Of a stretch of 64,000 nucleotides of DNA, positions 29,375-38,437 are shown piece by piece. Below the pieces are notes generated by a model. It worked only from the letters and a program-made list of their open reading frames with translations. It made no database searches and was not told the origin of the DNA. The first letter of the stretch is position 1, and the number at the start of each line of letters is the position of its first letter. The DNA comes from Bacteroidota bacterium (GTDB lineage: Bacteria > Bacteroidota > Bacteroidia > AKYH767-A > 2013-40CM-41-45): assembly GCA_003389385.1 (NCBI GenBank), contig QQVM01000021.1, positions 73,920-137,919 on the forward strand. Direction: 5' to 3'. Both the position numbers and the translations under genes were made by a program.

Positions 29375-30541
29375 TCAGTCAATTGTTGCCTTGATTATCC
29401 TGTTAAACAATTCTGCTGATTTCGAATGTGAAAAGAGTTCCTTTGAATAATTTCTCAATTTCTGAGGATCATACTTCTTGTAATTCCCATACATTTCTTC
29501 GATAGCGGCCATCAATTCTTTGTCGTTTCCAGGCTCGATTAATATTCCGCATTGATCATTGATGAATTCCTGAGGTCCCCCGCATTTAGTGGCAATTACA
29601 GGCTTTCCGCAGGATAGTGCTTCTGCGCATATCAGAGAGAATGTTTCAAAGAAGCTGTTCATAATCAGGAAGTCGCAGTTCCACAGTTCATGGTAAACTT
29701 CTTCATTTGTCCTCAGGCCTGTCATTTCAATCAAAGTCTCTCCAGGATCCAGTTCTTTGCACAAGCTTTTAATACTTTCGAAATCCCTTCCGTGTCCGAC
29801 AAGTTTCAGGTGTATGCCTGATAGTTTTTTGGAAAGGGAAACTACTGATCTCACTACAGCACTGATGTTTTTGATGTCATCTACCATATCTGCAACCATT
29901 AATATACTGCAATCATATTTTCGGTTAAACTTAGGTTCCGATTGAATCTCTATAATGTTTGGAGTTATTTCAATGTTTGATGAGAATCCATACCTTGTCA
30001 TATTGTCTTTTAAGAAATTAGAAACGCATGTTCGGCCATTCGCAGCATTGAATGTCATTCTGCATAACCATCGAAAAATATAGTTTCTTTGCAGGTATTT
30101 TCCGGTGGCGTAACCAGACCATTGTTCGCTCACGATATACGGAATACCCTGCATCAGTCGAATGAGCCAGGCAAGAATGGCAGGCCTTAATAAAATGTAT
30201 GAATGAATGATGTCTGGTTTTCTGTATTGAAGTAATGTTCTTTTCCACACTGTTAAGAAGGCTCTTAAATACCTGAAGAAATGTATCAATCTTGAGCCTG
30301 GCAAATTGCTTTTGGGAAAATATACCAGGTATTCGCTCAACCTGTATGATTTAAATTCATCAATCCTGATATGTTTTAATCCTTCCTTCGTCGAAGCATA
30401 AAAAACAATTACATCGAAATTTTCAGAGATTGCTTTTGCATGTTTTCGGATGAAGACGCCTAACTGCGGATCATCCTCATTTGGATACCATTTGCTGATC
30501 AAGAAAACTAATTTTCGTTCTGACAGGTTATTCTTCTGCAT
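29375..30541 (-). CDS. glycosyltransferase family 4
   Basis: GT-B fold with EALSCGKPVIATKCGGPQEFI in the C-terminal domain. Confidence 0.8.
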   Translation of the reverse strand: MQKNNLSERKLVFLISKWYPNEDDPQLGVFIRKHAKAISENFDVIVFYASTKEGLKHIRIDEFKSYRLSEYLVYFPKSNLPGSRLIHFFRYLRAFLTVWKRTLLQYRKPDIIHSYILLRPAILAWLIRLMQGIPYIVSEQWSGYATGKYLQRNYIFRWLCRMTFNAANGRTCVSNFLKDNMTRYGFSSNIEITPNIIEIQSEPKFNRKYDCSILMVADMVDDIKNISAVVRSVVSLSKKLSGIHLKLVGHGRDFESIKSLCKELDPGETLIEMTGLRTNEEVYHELWNCDFLIMNSFFETFSLICAEALSCGKPVIATKCGGPQEFINDQCGILIEPGNDKELMAAIEEMYGNYKKYDPQKLRNYSKELFSHSKSAELFNRIIKATID

Positions 30542-30557
30542 GTATGTGAATGATAAG

Positions 30558-32738
30558 TCAGCTATCGATTTTAATGTACTTGAGCCTTATACTGTTGCCA
30601 ATCACAACAATGTCTGAAAATGCCATCGACAAGGCAGCAATCATCGGACTTAAATAACCTGCCGCGGCAATTGGAATTGCGAGAACGTTATAAAAGAATG
30701 CCCAAAACAAATTTTGCTTGATGGTAGTGTAAGTTCTGTTGCCGATGGAAAATGCGCTCAGCAATATGTCCAGATTTTTTTGATGGAGCAGAATGACCTG
30801 AGCAGACTGAACCGCTATGTTGGTGGCATTGCTTATAGAAATGCCGATATTAGCAAGAGAAAGTGCAGGTGCATCATTGATACCGTCACCTACCATGGCT
30901 GTTGGCTGTTCTGAAGAAAATTTTCGGATGAGTTCAAGTTTCTGTGCAGGCAGTTGTTCACTGTAGACTTCTTCAATACCAAGCTCACCGGCAACTTTTC
31001 TGCAAATGGATTCTCTGTCACCGCTAAGCATGATTACCCTCATTCCCTTTCGTTTCAAACTTTTTATTACTTCAGAGGTGTTTGACTTAATTTCATCTTC
31101 CAGATCGACTGTGGCAATCAACTTATTGTTTTTCAAAAGATAAATTGAGTGGCTATTGTCAGTGTGAAAGTGTCTGACCATATTAAAAGAGCCTGCACTG
31201 AACAGGTTCCCGTTTTCATCTGTAACATTAATACCTGTTCCTTTATCCTCATGAATTGTTTTCCATTTCATTGCGGATGCAGAATGCTCAAAGGCTTTTA
31301 ATTCGCGTGTTATCGACTTTGCAATTGGGTGGGATGAATTTCTTTCTATGGCGAACAGAATAGTTTTAATTTCATCCTGATTGCCTTCCAGCACATCAAT
31401 TTTTTTAATAATAAATTCACCCTTAGTCAAAGTGCCGGTTTTATCAAAAACAACAGTGCGGATGTTTGAAAGTGTCTCAAGCGTCTGTCCTCCTTTGATC
31501 AGAATCCCGTTCCTGGCTGCTCTGCCAAGTCCCACCATCACTGCTGTTGGTGTGGCAAGTCCCATTGCGCATGGACATGATATCACCAATACAGCAATTG
31601 AATTCATCAGTGATCTGCTGGCAGATAAGTCAATAAGGTAAAAATTAATTAAGAATGTGATAGCGCTTATCAGCACAACAGCAGGTACAAATACCGAACT
31701 CACTCTGTCACCTAGTTTCTGAATTGCCGGTTTTTCTTTTTGGGTGTCTTTGACCATTCTGATTATTTGCCCAAGTGCGGTTTCTTCTCCAACATGTTCT
31801 GCAATCATTCTGAAATTGCCAGATTCATTGATGGTACTGCCTGATACTTTGTCTCCGGGATGTTTGCTAACAGGATTGCTTTCACCAGTAAGTATCGCTT
31901 CGTTCACAATGCCTTCCCCTTCGGTAATGACGCCATCAGCAGGAATTTGATCTCCTGTATTAACCTGAAGCAAGTCACCTTTTTCAATATCTGAGGCATC
32001 TATTTCTGTCATTCTGAATTCACCGGATTCTTCAAAAACTCTTTTAGCCTTCTTAACCTGCAATTTCCCCAATTCATGTATGGCGGTGGTGGTTTGCCTT
32101 ACTGATCTCTGCTCGATAAGGTTGCCAAGTAAAACCAGTGTGATAATAGTTGCTGCAGTTTCATAAAACATGTAATTATGAACCTCAGCTGTACCGTAAT
32201 ATTGATAAGTTCCGGCAAGACTGTATAAAAATGCAGCCCAACTTCCGACACTGATTAGCACGTCCATATTTGGTGATCCTGCGCGAATAGATTTCAAGGC
32301 ACTGCGGCCAAAGAACAGAATGCCAATGGCCATCACAGGCAAACACATGCCTAGTTGAAATATTGGATGATGAAGCAGTTCAATTCCGCTGAACATGTGC
32401 AAGAGAAGCGGAACAGTGAAAACAAGTGAAATAAAAAAAGCAATACTGGTGCGTGTAAGGGGAAGATGAGACACCTGCCCTGAATCAGATAGAGTTATGG
32501 GCTTTTCTTCCTTGTCAGACCGGCTTACAACCTTATATCCTAGCTTGTGAATTTGTATCACAGCTTCGTCAATATCTTCGGAAGAGATCCTTTCAAAACT
32601 GACCTCACCGGTGAGAAAATCTACATTTACCTCTTCCAATCCCTTTTTCGTCAGCGTTTTACTGATGGTTTGTGCGCAATTTGCGCAATCCATTCCCTCT
32701 ACACGAAATTCAATTCGCTTTACTTCATTCATTACCAC
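30558..32738 (-). CDS. copA: heavy-metal (probably Cu+) translocating P1B-type ATPase
   Basis: N-terminal HMA domain GMDCANC, a CPC motif (SCPCAMG), DKTGTLT, and GDGINDAPAL. Confidence 0.85.
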   Translation of the reverse strand: MVMNEVKRIEFRVEGMDCANCAQTISKTLTKKGLEEVNVDFLTGEVSFERISSEDIDEAVIQIHKLGYKVVSRSDKEEKPITLSDSGQVSHLPLTRTSIAFFISLVFTVPLLLHMFSGIELLHHPIFQLGMCLPVMAIGILFFGRSALKSIRAGSPNMDVLISVGSWAAFLYSLAGTYQYYGTAEVHNYMFYETAATIITLVLLGNLIEQRSVRQTTTAIHELGKLQVKKAKRVFEESGEFRMTEIDASDIEKGDLLQVNTGDQIPADGVITEGEGIVNEAILTGESNPVSKHPGDKVSGSTINESGNFRMIAEHVGEETALGQIIRMVKDTQKEKPAIQKLGDRVSSVFVPAVVLISAITFLINFYLIDLSASRSLMNSIAVLVISCPCAMGLATPTAVMVGLGRAARNGILIKGGQTLETLSNIRTVVFDKTGTLTKGEFIIKKIDVLEGNQDEIKTILFAIERNSSHPIAKSITRELKAFEHSASAMKWKTIHEDKGTGINVTDENGNLFSAGSFNMVRHFHTDNSHSIYLLKNNKLIATVDLEDEIKSNTSEVIKSLKRKGMRVIMLSGDRESICRKVAGELGIEEVYSEQLPAQKLELIRKFSSEQPTAMVGDGINDAPALSLANIGISISNATNIAVQSAQVILLHQKNLDILLSAFSIGNRTYTTIKQNLFWAFFYNVLAIPIAAAGYLSPMIAALSMAFSDIVVIGNSIRLKYIKIDS

Positions 32739-32870
32739 AATATTATTAATTCGGATTAATCTAAGTGGATTAGCTTTATCTTAATTTAATGAAACGTAAA
32801 ATTAAATTCTTGTAACAAATGGAATAATATAATAATTTTGTGGCCCATTCTCAAATTGGGAAGGAAATAC

Positions 32871-32948
32871 GGTGATTGTAGCTCAGCTGGTTAGAGCGCT
32901 AGATTGTGGATCTAGAGGTCGTGGGTTCGAGCCCCATCTTTCACCCCA
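32871..32948 (+). tRNA. tRNA-His (anticodon GTG) with encoded G-1 and 3' CCA
   Basis: Manual fold: D-stem GCTC/GAGC, anticodon stem CTAGA/TCTAG with loop TTGTGGA (anticodon GTG), T-stem GTGGG/CCCAT with loop TTCGAGC, and an extra 5' G pairing with C73. The acceptor stem shows two U-U mispairs (5:68 and 6:67). Confidence 0.7.
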
Positions 32949-32974
32949 GGCCATGTATAAACATGGCTTTTTTT
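32949..32974 (+). terminator. rho-independent terminator after tRNA-His
   Basis: GCCATGT-ATAA-ACATGGC followed by T7. Confidence 0.75.
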
Positions 32975-32986
32975 GGGCCCGAATTT

Positions 32987-33520
32987 TTAGCGGAATTGCT
33001 CTTTGAGATAATCTTCCCAGGCCTTCGTTTTATAAATATCTTCAGCGAAATATTTTAATACAGGTAGCATTTGTTCTTTAGTCAAATATCCGGGAACAGG
33101 ACCGATTGGCTTTGAGTTTTCGTCCAGATAAACAGTAGTAGGATAGCTCATTTTTCCGTTTAAAATGTAAACGGCAAATTCATTTGCCTTGTATTCGGGT
33201 TTGTAAAGAAATACTTTATCCTGGTAGTTTATTGTGTCTCTGGTTTCCGCATCAAGTTTAACTGAATAAAATTTTTCATTCAGATAATCAGAAACTTCTT
33301 TATCTGAAAATGTTGTAGCATCCATTCGCTTGCACCATCCGCACCAGCTGGTGTAAACATCAATAAATATTTTTTTTGGTGAAACCTGATTCATCCTGAG
33401 TGCATCTTCCATTTTTAACCATTTAACGCCGCGCACTGTATCCTTATCTTGTGCCTGAACGGACGCAAATGAAAGGTGAAACAATACACATAAAGCAAGT
33501 GGTCTGATCAGCTTTTTCAT
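32987..33520 (-). CDS. secreted thioredoxin-fold protein (WCGWC active site)
   Basis: Signal peptide, then DVYTSWCGWCKRMD CxxC motif. Confidence 0.7.
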   Translation of the reverse strand: MKKLIRPLALCVLFHLSFASVQAQDKDTVRGVKWLKMEDALRMNQVSPKKIFIDVYTSWCGWCKRMDATTFSDKEVSDYLNEKFYSVKLDAETRDTINYQDKVFLYKPEYKANEFAVYILNGKMSYPTTVYLDENSKPIGPVPGYLTKEQMLPVLKYFAEDIYKTKAWEDYLKEQFR

Positions 33521-33572
33521 TGATAATTTTAAAGTTTCAGAATAATGTATCCGCAGAATTGATTATTTAAAA

Positions 33573-33992
33573 TTACTCAATGATTTTATGTAATACAAGC
33601 ATTTCCAGGAACTGTACCCTTTCTCCGTCCTTCCCGGTAAAAACAAACACCCAGCCAACTTTGGCAGAATGCCTCGACAGATCTTTTTCCAAACTGAAAA
33701 TTCTCACTTTGCAGTTGAGCACAGAATTTGCATACACCGGCTTGATAAATCTCCAGTTATTTACTCCAAGTCCGCACAATACGCTTTTTCCAAACTTAGG
33801 AATCCAGCTATTCACATAAAAATAATTAAAAGGATGAGGCCCGCTTGCCACCAGTTTGCCAAACATGTGCTCTGCGGCTGCTTTTTTATTCGTATGAAAC
33901 TCGAGGGGATCATATTTTTTGGCAAATTGAATTATCTCGTCCTCAGAAAACTGAACTTGTCCCAGGTCGTAAATCGCATTTAGCTCTAACAT
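33573..33992 (-). CDS. MaoC-like hotdog-fold dehydratase
   Basis: 139-aa hotdog-fold pattern. No exact family motif recognised. Confidence 0.5.
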   Translation of the reverse strand: MLELNAIYDLGQVQFSEDEIIQFAKKYDPLEFHTNKKAAAEHMFGKLVASGPHPFNYFYVNSWIPKFGKSVLCGLGVNNWRFIKPVYANSVLNCKVRIFSLEKDLSRHSAKVGWVFVFTGKDGERVQFLEMLVLHKIIE

Positions 33993-34031
33993 ATTCCTAA
34001 ATCTATGAATGGTTTAATAGGTGTACCCAAT

Positions 34032-34072
34032 AAAAAACGGGCAGTGAAACTTCCACTGCCCGCAGAGTTTTT
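34032..34072. terminator. bidirectional terminator (serves POT transporter on minus strand)
   Basis: A6, then CGGGCAGTG-AAACTTC-CACTGCCCG, then a T-run 5 nt downstream on the plus strand. On the minus strand the hairpin is followed by U6. Confidence 0.7.
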
Positions 34073-34082
34073 ATCTAAGCTA

Positions 34083-35645
34083 TTAATGAATTCCGTGCAT
34101 CCATTTTTTCAGTAATGGAGAAATCAACAGTAAAACTATTGCGGCAATGAGTACAACATAAACTCCCCATTCCATATAAACATCTGCGAATGCATTTAAC
34201 GCTGTGGCCCGGTCGACTTCCTCTCCGGTGCCGGGTGTTGCAATTCTCTGGCCAAGATAACCTGCGATCTTATGGGCAAAGGCAATGGATAAAAACCAGG
34301 AACCCATCACAAAGCCAACTGTCTTAGCAGGTGACAGCTTGGTCACAACCGACAATCCGACCGGTGAAAGGCTAAGTTCACCTGTTGTATGAAAGAGGTA
34401 CATAAGGATAAGTACATAGAGCGGAATCATGTCCCCACTGATCGCAGCATTTTTAGTTCCCCATACGATGATGAAATATCCCAGCGCCATTTGAAGCAAT
34501 GCGTAGAAAAACTTGATTGGAGTTCTAGGTTCGATCTTCTTTCGTGAGAGACCAGTCCATATCCACGTGAAGACGGGAGCCAGGAGGATGATGAACAAAG
34601 GATTCACTGCCTGGAACTGAGAAGTTTCTATTCCCATTTTGTCTACATATCTGTCGGTGAGAATGTTCAAGGATCCTCCGGCCTGTTCAAAGAGAGTCCA
34701 GAATAACATATGAATGAAAAACAAAGCAATGAAAACAAGCAATCGTTGTCCTTCAGCCCTGTCTTCTGAGCGGAATGAGGTGACCAACAAATACCCGATA
34801 CAAACAATTCCAACGATGATCAGCAAATAGCTTGTAAAGACTTCCGCATTAATGAGTCCGCTAAAAATTGGTATTGTGACTAATGTGCCAAGGAGTATCA
34901 ATACTTCATTCGGGATACCGAAGAAAGATCTCTTCTTCAACAGTTCTGGCTCAGGCGGATTTCCTTTGTCTTCGTATTTGCTCATGTTTCTCCAAAACAC
35001 CACTAAGCCAAGCATCATGCCGATTCCGGCAACCAGAAACCCAAGTGACCAGTCAACTTCTCTGGCCAGATAACCACAAGTTAATGGAGCAAGGAGAGCG
35101 CCAATATTGATACCCATGTAGAATATAGTAAAGGCGCTGTCTTTCCTTGGATCGTTTCTATCATAAAATGTCCCAAGGAAACTGGAAATGTTCGGCTTGA
35201 ATAATCCGTTTCCTACAGCCAGAAGTCCAAGCCCTGCAAAAAACAAAGTTTGTCCATGTCCTGTGGATGCAGTTGCGGCCAGAGTAAATTGGCCGGCTGC
35301 CATTAATAACCCTCCAAAGAGAATTGCTCTTCTGAAACCAAGCAGTTTGTCGGCCAGGATTCCACCAACAATCGGAGCAGCATACAACAATGCGTTAAAT
35401 GCTCCATAAATTCCGTAAGCTTTTGAATCGGCCTCACCCTGACTGAGTGAAGAAAACAACTGACTTGTGATGTACAGAATCAGAAATGCTCTCATTCCAT
35501 AGAACGAAAACCTTTCCCACATTTCGGCGAAGAACAATGTGAAGAGTGCTTTGGGGTGCATCTTTCGCTGAGAAAGAATCACTATCGGAACCCAGATAAG
35601 TACGAAGACCCATCCGCCGATTAATAACATTAATCCTAAATCCAT
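34083..35645 (-). CDS. POT/PTR2-family di-/tripeptide:proton symporter
   Basis: FYMGINIGALLAPL and ExxERFxYYG-like motifs, with 12-14 TM helices. Confidence 0.85.
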   Translation of the reverse strand: MDLGLMLLIGGWVFVLIWVPIVILSQRKMHPKALFTLFFAEMWERFSFYGMRAFLILYITSQLFSSLSQGEADSKAYGIYGAFNALLYAAPIVGGILADKLLGFRRAILFGGLLMAAGQFTLAATASTGHGQTLFFAGLGLLAVGNGLFKPNISSFLGTFYDRNDPRKDSAFTIFYMGINIGALLAPLTCGYLAREVDWSLGFLVAGIGMMLGLVVFWRNMSKYEDKGNPPEPELLKKRSFFGIPNEVLILLGTLVTIPIFSGLINAEVFTSYLLIIVGIVCIGYLLVTSFRSEDRAEGQRLLVFIALFFIHMLFWTLFEQAGGSLNILTDRYVDKMGIETSQFQAVNPLFIILLAPVFTWIWTGLSRKKIEPRTPIKFFYALLQMALGYFIIVWGTKNAAISGDMIPLYVLILMYLFHTTGELSLSPVGLSVVTKLSPAKTVGFVMGSWFLSIAFAHKIAGYLGQRIATPGTGEEVDRATALNAFADVYMEWGVYVVLIAAIVLLLISPLLKKWMHGIH

Positions 35646-35826
35646 AAAATGCTTTTTTTAGTTTTATTTGTTTAAGGAGAATGAAATACGACACAGCTAA
35701 TGCCGGACGGAATGCAATGTAAAAAAATTTTAATACCGGAAACAATAGCCCGGGGTATTCATAAATTCAAGATTTTATAATAAAATGCGTTACAAATTAT
35801 GACATACTACCTTATATCTTTGTGGC

Positions 35827-36555
35827 ATGTATAAAATCAGACTCATTGGTTTACTCCTGTTATCAGGAATGTCGTTTACCAGATTATCGCTTGCTCAAAG
35901 TTTCGAAATTTTTAAAGGAGACACTATTAATCGCACCGATAAAAGAGGTTTGAAGCAAGGAGCGTGGAAAAAATTCTATCCAGGTGATATGATTTACTTT
36001 GAAGGAATTTACAAAGATGATAAAGCACTTGGAGCGCTGAAATATTATCACAAGAACGGCAAGGTGAAAACTTTATTAAATAGCAGGGCAGTTAAAGGAG
36101 AATATTTTGCTGAATTCTTTTCTGAGGAAGGGAAGATGATTGGTACAGGAAAATATTTCAACCAGGAGAAAGACAGTGTATGGAATTATTTTGACTCAGA
36201 AGGCAGGGTGAATTCCACTGAGATTTACGTAAAGGGAAAAAAGGAAGGTGTATGGAAAGTTTATTATGTAAACGGTAAACTAGCCCGTGAACTAATGTAT
36301 AAAAATGACAGGAAGAACGGGCCGTACAGGGAATACTTTGATTCAGGCAAATTGAAAATCCAGGCAACTTACAAGAATGATGAGTTTACAGGAATTGCGA
36401 CTGTATTTCATCCTGACGGAAAAATCTGGCAGAAAGGTTCTTATGTGAATGGACTCAAAGAAGGAGCATGGGACATCTTTGATGTGAACGGAAAGCTGGA
36501 AAGACAGGAGCTTTACAAACAAGGAAATCTGCAAAACCCTCAGGAAGATAAATAG
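35827..36555 (+). CDS. MORN-repeat variant protein (YwqK-family-like), secreted
   Basis: Signal peptide followed by 8 or more repeats of G-x-W-K-x-Y-Y-x-N-G-K-L type. Confidence 0.65.
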   Translation: MYKIRLIGLLLLSGMSFTRLSLAQSFEIFKGDTINRTDKRGLKQGAWKKFYPGDMIYFEGIYKDDKALGALKYYHKNGKVKTLLNSRAVKGEYFAEFFSEEGKMIGTGKYFNQEKDSVWNYFDSEGRVNSTEIYVKGKKEGVWKVYYVNGKLARELMYKNDRKNGPYREYFDSGKLKIQATYKNDEFTGIATVFHPDGKIWQKGSYVNGLKEGAWDIFDVNGKLERQELYKQGNLQNPQEDK

Positions 36556-36613
36556 GACTTCTGTATTGGGCTTCAATTGATTATCTTTGCACTGAAATCC
36601 GGTTTTTAGTAAA

Positions 36614-37735
36614 ATGAGTAAAAAAGGAAGGGTATTAATGGCAATGAGTGGCGGAATAGACAGTTCCGTTGCTTCCGTATTACTTCATGAGCAAGGTTAT
36701 GAAGTTGTCGGAATGACCATGAAAACCTGGGATTATGCCAGTTCCGGAGGCAATAAGAAAGAAACAGGATGTTGTTCCCTGGATTCGATAAACGACGCAA
36801 GATCAATCGCAGTTGCAAAGGGTTTTCCACATTACATTATCGACATCAGGGAGGAATTCGGGAATCATGTGATTGACGATTTTGTGGATGAATATCTTTC
36901 CGGAAGGACTCCGAATCCTTGCGTCAAATGTAATACTCACATTAAGTGGGAGGCATTGCTGAAAAGAGCAGATATGCTGAGTTGTGAGTTCATCGCCACA
37001 GGCCACTATGCAAATGTGAGAGAAGAGAACGGACGATATGTTATCTCCAAAGGCAAGGATTCCTGGAAAGACCAAAGTTATGTGCTCTGGGGAGTAAGCC
37101 AGGAGTGTTTATCCCGAACCATTTTTCCTGTTGGGAATTTCCATAAATCAGAAATTCGACAAATGGCAGTGGAGATGGGACTTCACGAATTAGCCAATAA
37201 AAATGAATCGTATGAGATTTGCTTTATCCCGGATAATGATTACAGGTCATTCCTGAAAAGAAGAGTAGAGGGCATTGAGGAAAAGTTGGCGAATGGACTT
37301 TTTTTGGATAAAAATGGAAAAGTACTGGGTAAACACAGAGGCTATCCTTTTTATACAATCGGACAAAGAAAGGGCCTCGAAATTGCTTTAGGTGATCCAT
37401 ATTATGTGGTTGACATTAAGCCAGATGTCAATGTTGTTGTATTGGGTTTGTTTGAAGACTTACTTCAGCAGAAAATGTGGGTTCGGGATGCAAACTTTAT
37501 AAAAATAGAATCGTTAGAGGATGAAATGGAAGTGTTGACAAGGATTCGTTACAAGGATCCCGGCACTTACAGTACCATTAAAAAGTCGGAAGACCTGATT
37601 GAAGTGTCGTTTCACAAAGCGGTTTCAGCCATAGCACCCGGACAAAGCGCAGTTTTTTATGATGGTGATGATCTGGTCGGAGGCGGATTCATTCAGAGTG
37701 CAGTAAATGAAAACATCAGCAAGGCAGTACATTAA
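36614..37735 (+). CDS. mnmA: tRNA 2-thiouridine(34) synthase
   Basis: PP-loop MAMSGGIDSSVASVLL, catalytic Cys residues, and about 370 aa. Confidence 0.9.
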   Translation: MSKKGRVLMAMSGGIDSSVASVLLHEQGYEVVGMTMKTWDYASSGGNKKETGCCSLDSINDARSIAVAKGFPHYIIDIREEFGNHVIDDFVDEYLSGRTPNPCVKCNTHIKWEALLKRADMLSCEFIATGHYANVREENGRYVISKGKDSWKDQSYVLWGVSQECLSRTIFPVGNFHKSEIRQMAVEMGLHELANKNESYEICFIPDNDYRSFLKRRVEGIEEKLANGLFLDKNGKVLGKHRGYPFYTIGQRKGLEIALGDPYYVVDIKPDVNVVVLGLFEDLLQQKMWVRDANFIKIESLEDEMEVLTRIRYKDPGTYSTIKKSEDLIEVSFHKAVSAIAPGQSAVFYDGDDLVGGGFIQSAVNENISKAVH

Positions 37736-38408
37736 ATCAATTTTCATTCTCCTATTGATATCAGGAGTCTATTCTTCCTGTAAGAAAGACTCTCAAATCA
37801 TCAATTCAAATTCTTTTAATTATTTCCCGACTGCTAAAGGAACTTGGGTTGAGTATAACGTGGATTCGATATATCACGGAGAAAACGATAACAATAACGA
37901 CGATTCAGTCTATACCTTCAATTTTCAAATCAGAGAAATAGTGGATTCCACTTTTCTTGATGGGGAAGGCAGGGAAGTCCAGGTATTGATTCGATACAAA
38001 AGGATGAATAGTTCTGATGAATGGAGACTTGTGAGCGTTTGGACCCAAAGACTATCCTTAACCGGGGCATACAGGACAGAAGATAATATAACCTACCAAA
38101 AGCTTGCTTTCCCTATCAACTCAAGAATCTCATGGGATGGAAACGCAGCTAACATACTCAGTGAAGAATTGTATTCTTACGAGTCATTCCATGAAGAAAA
38201 TCTGGTGGGCAGCTTTTCCTTTGACTCCACTTTGACTGTACTACAGGTTGATGAGGACAATTTTGTAGAAAGAATTTTTGGAAAGGAAATCTACGCCGTT
38301 GGAGTAGGGATGATATTCAAGCAACGTGACGATCTTGGAAAAAGAAACGGACTTGTTGTAAAGGGCCTTGAATACAAAATGACCCTGCGGGATTATGGTC
38401 CTCGCTAG
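37707..38408 (+). CDS. hypothetical lipoprotein
   Basis: MKTSARQYIKSIFILLLISGVYSSCKKD lipobox. It overlaps the mnmA 3' end by 29 nt. Confidence 0.5.
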   Translation: MKTSARQYIKSIFILLLISGVYSSCKKDSQIINSNSFNYFPTAKGTWVEYNVDSIYHGENDNNNDDSVYTFNFQIREIVDSTFLDGEGREVQVLIRYKRMNSSDEWRLVSVWTQRLSLTGAYRTEDNITYQKLAFPINSRISWDGNAANILSEELYSYESFHEENLVGSFSFDSTLTVLQVDEDNFVERIFGKEIYAVGVGMIFKQRDDLGKRNGLVVKGLEYKMTLRDYGPR

Positions 38409-38437
38409 GGTCATTGATTTTTTTAAGATAAGACTTC

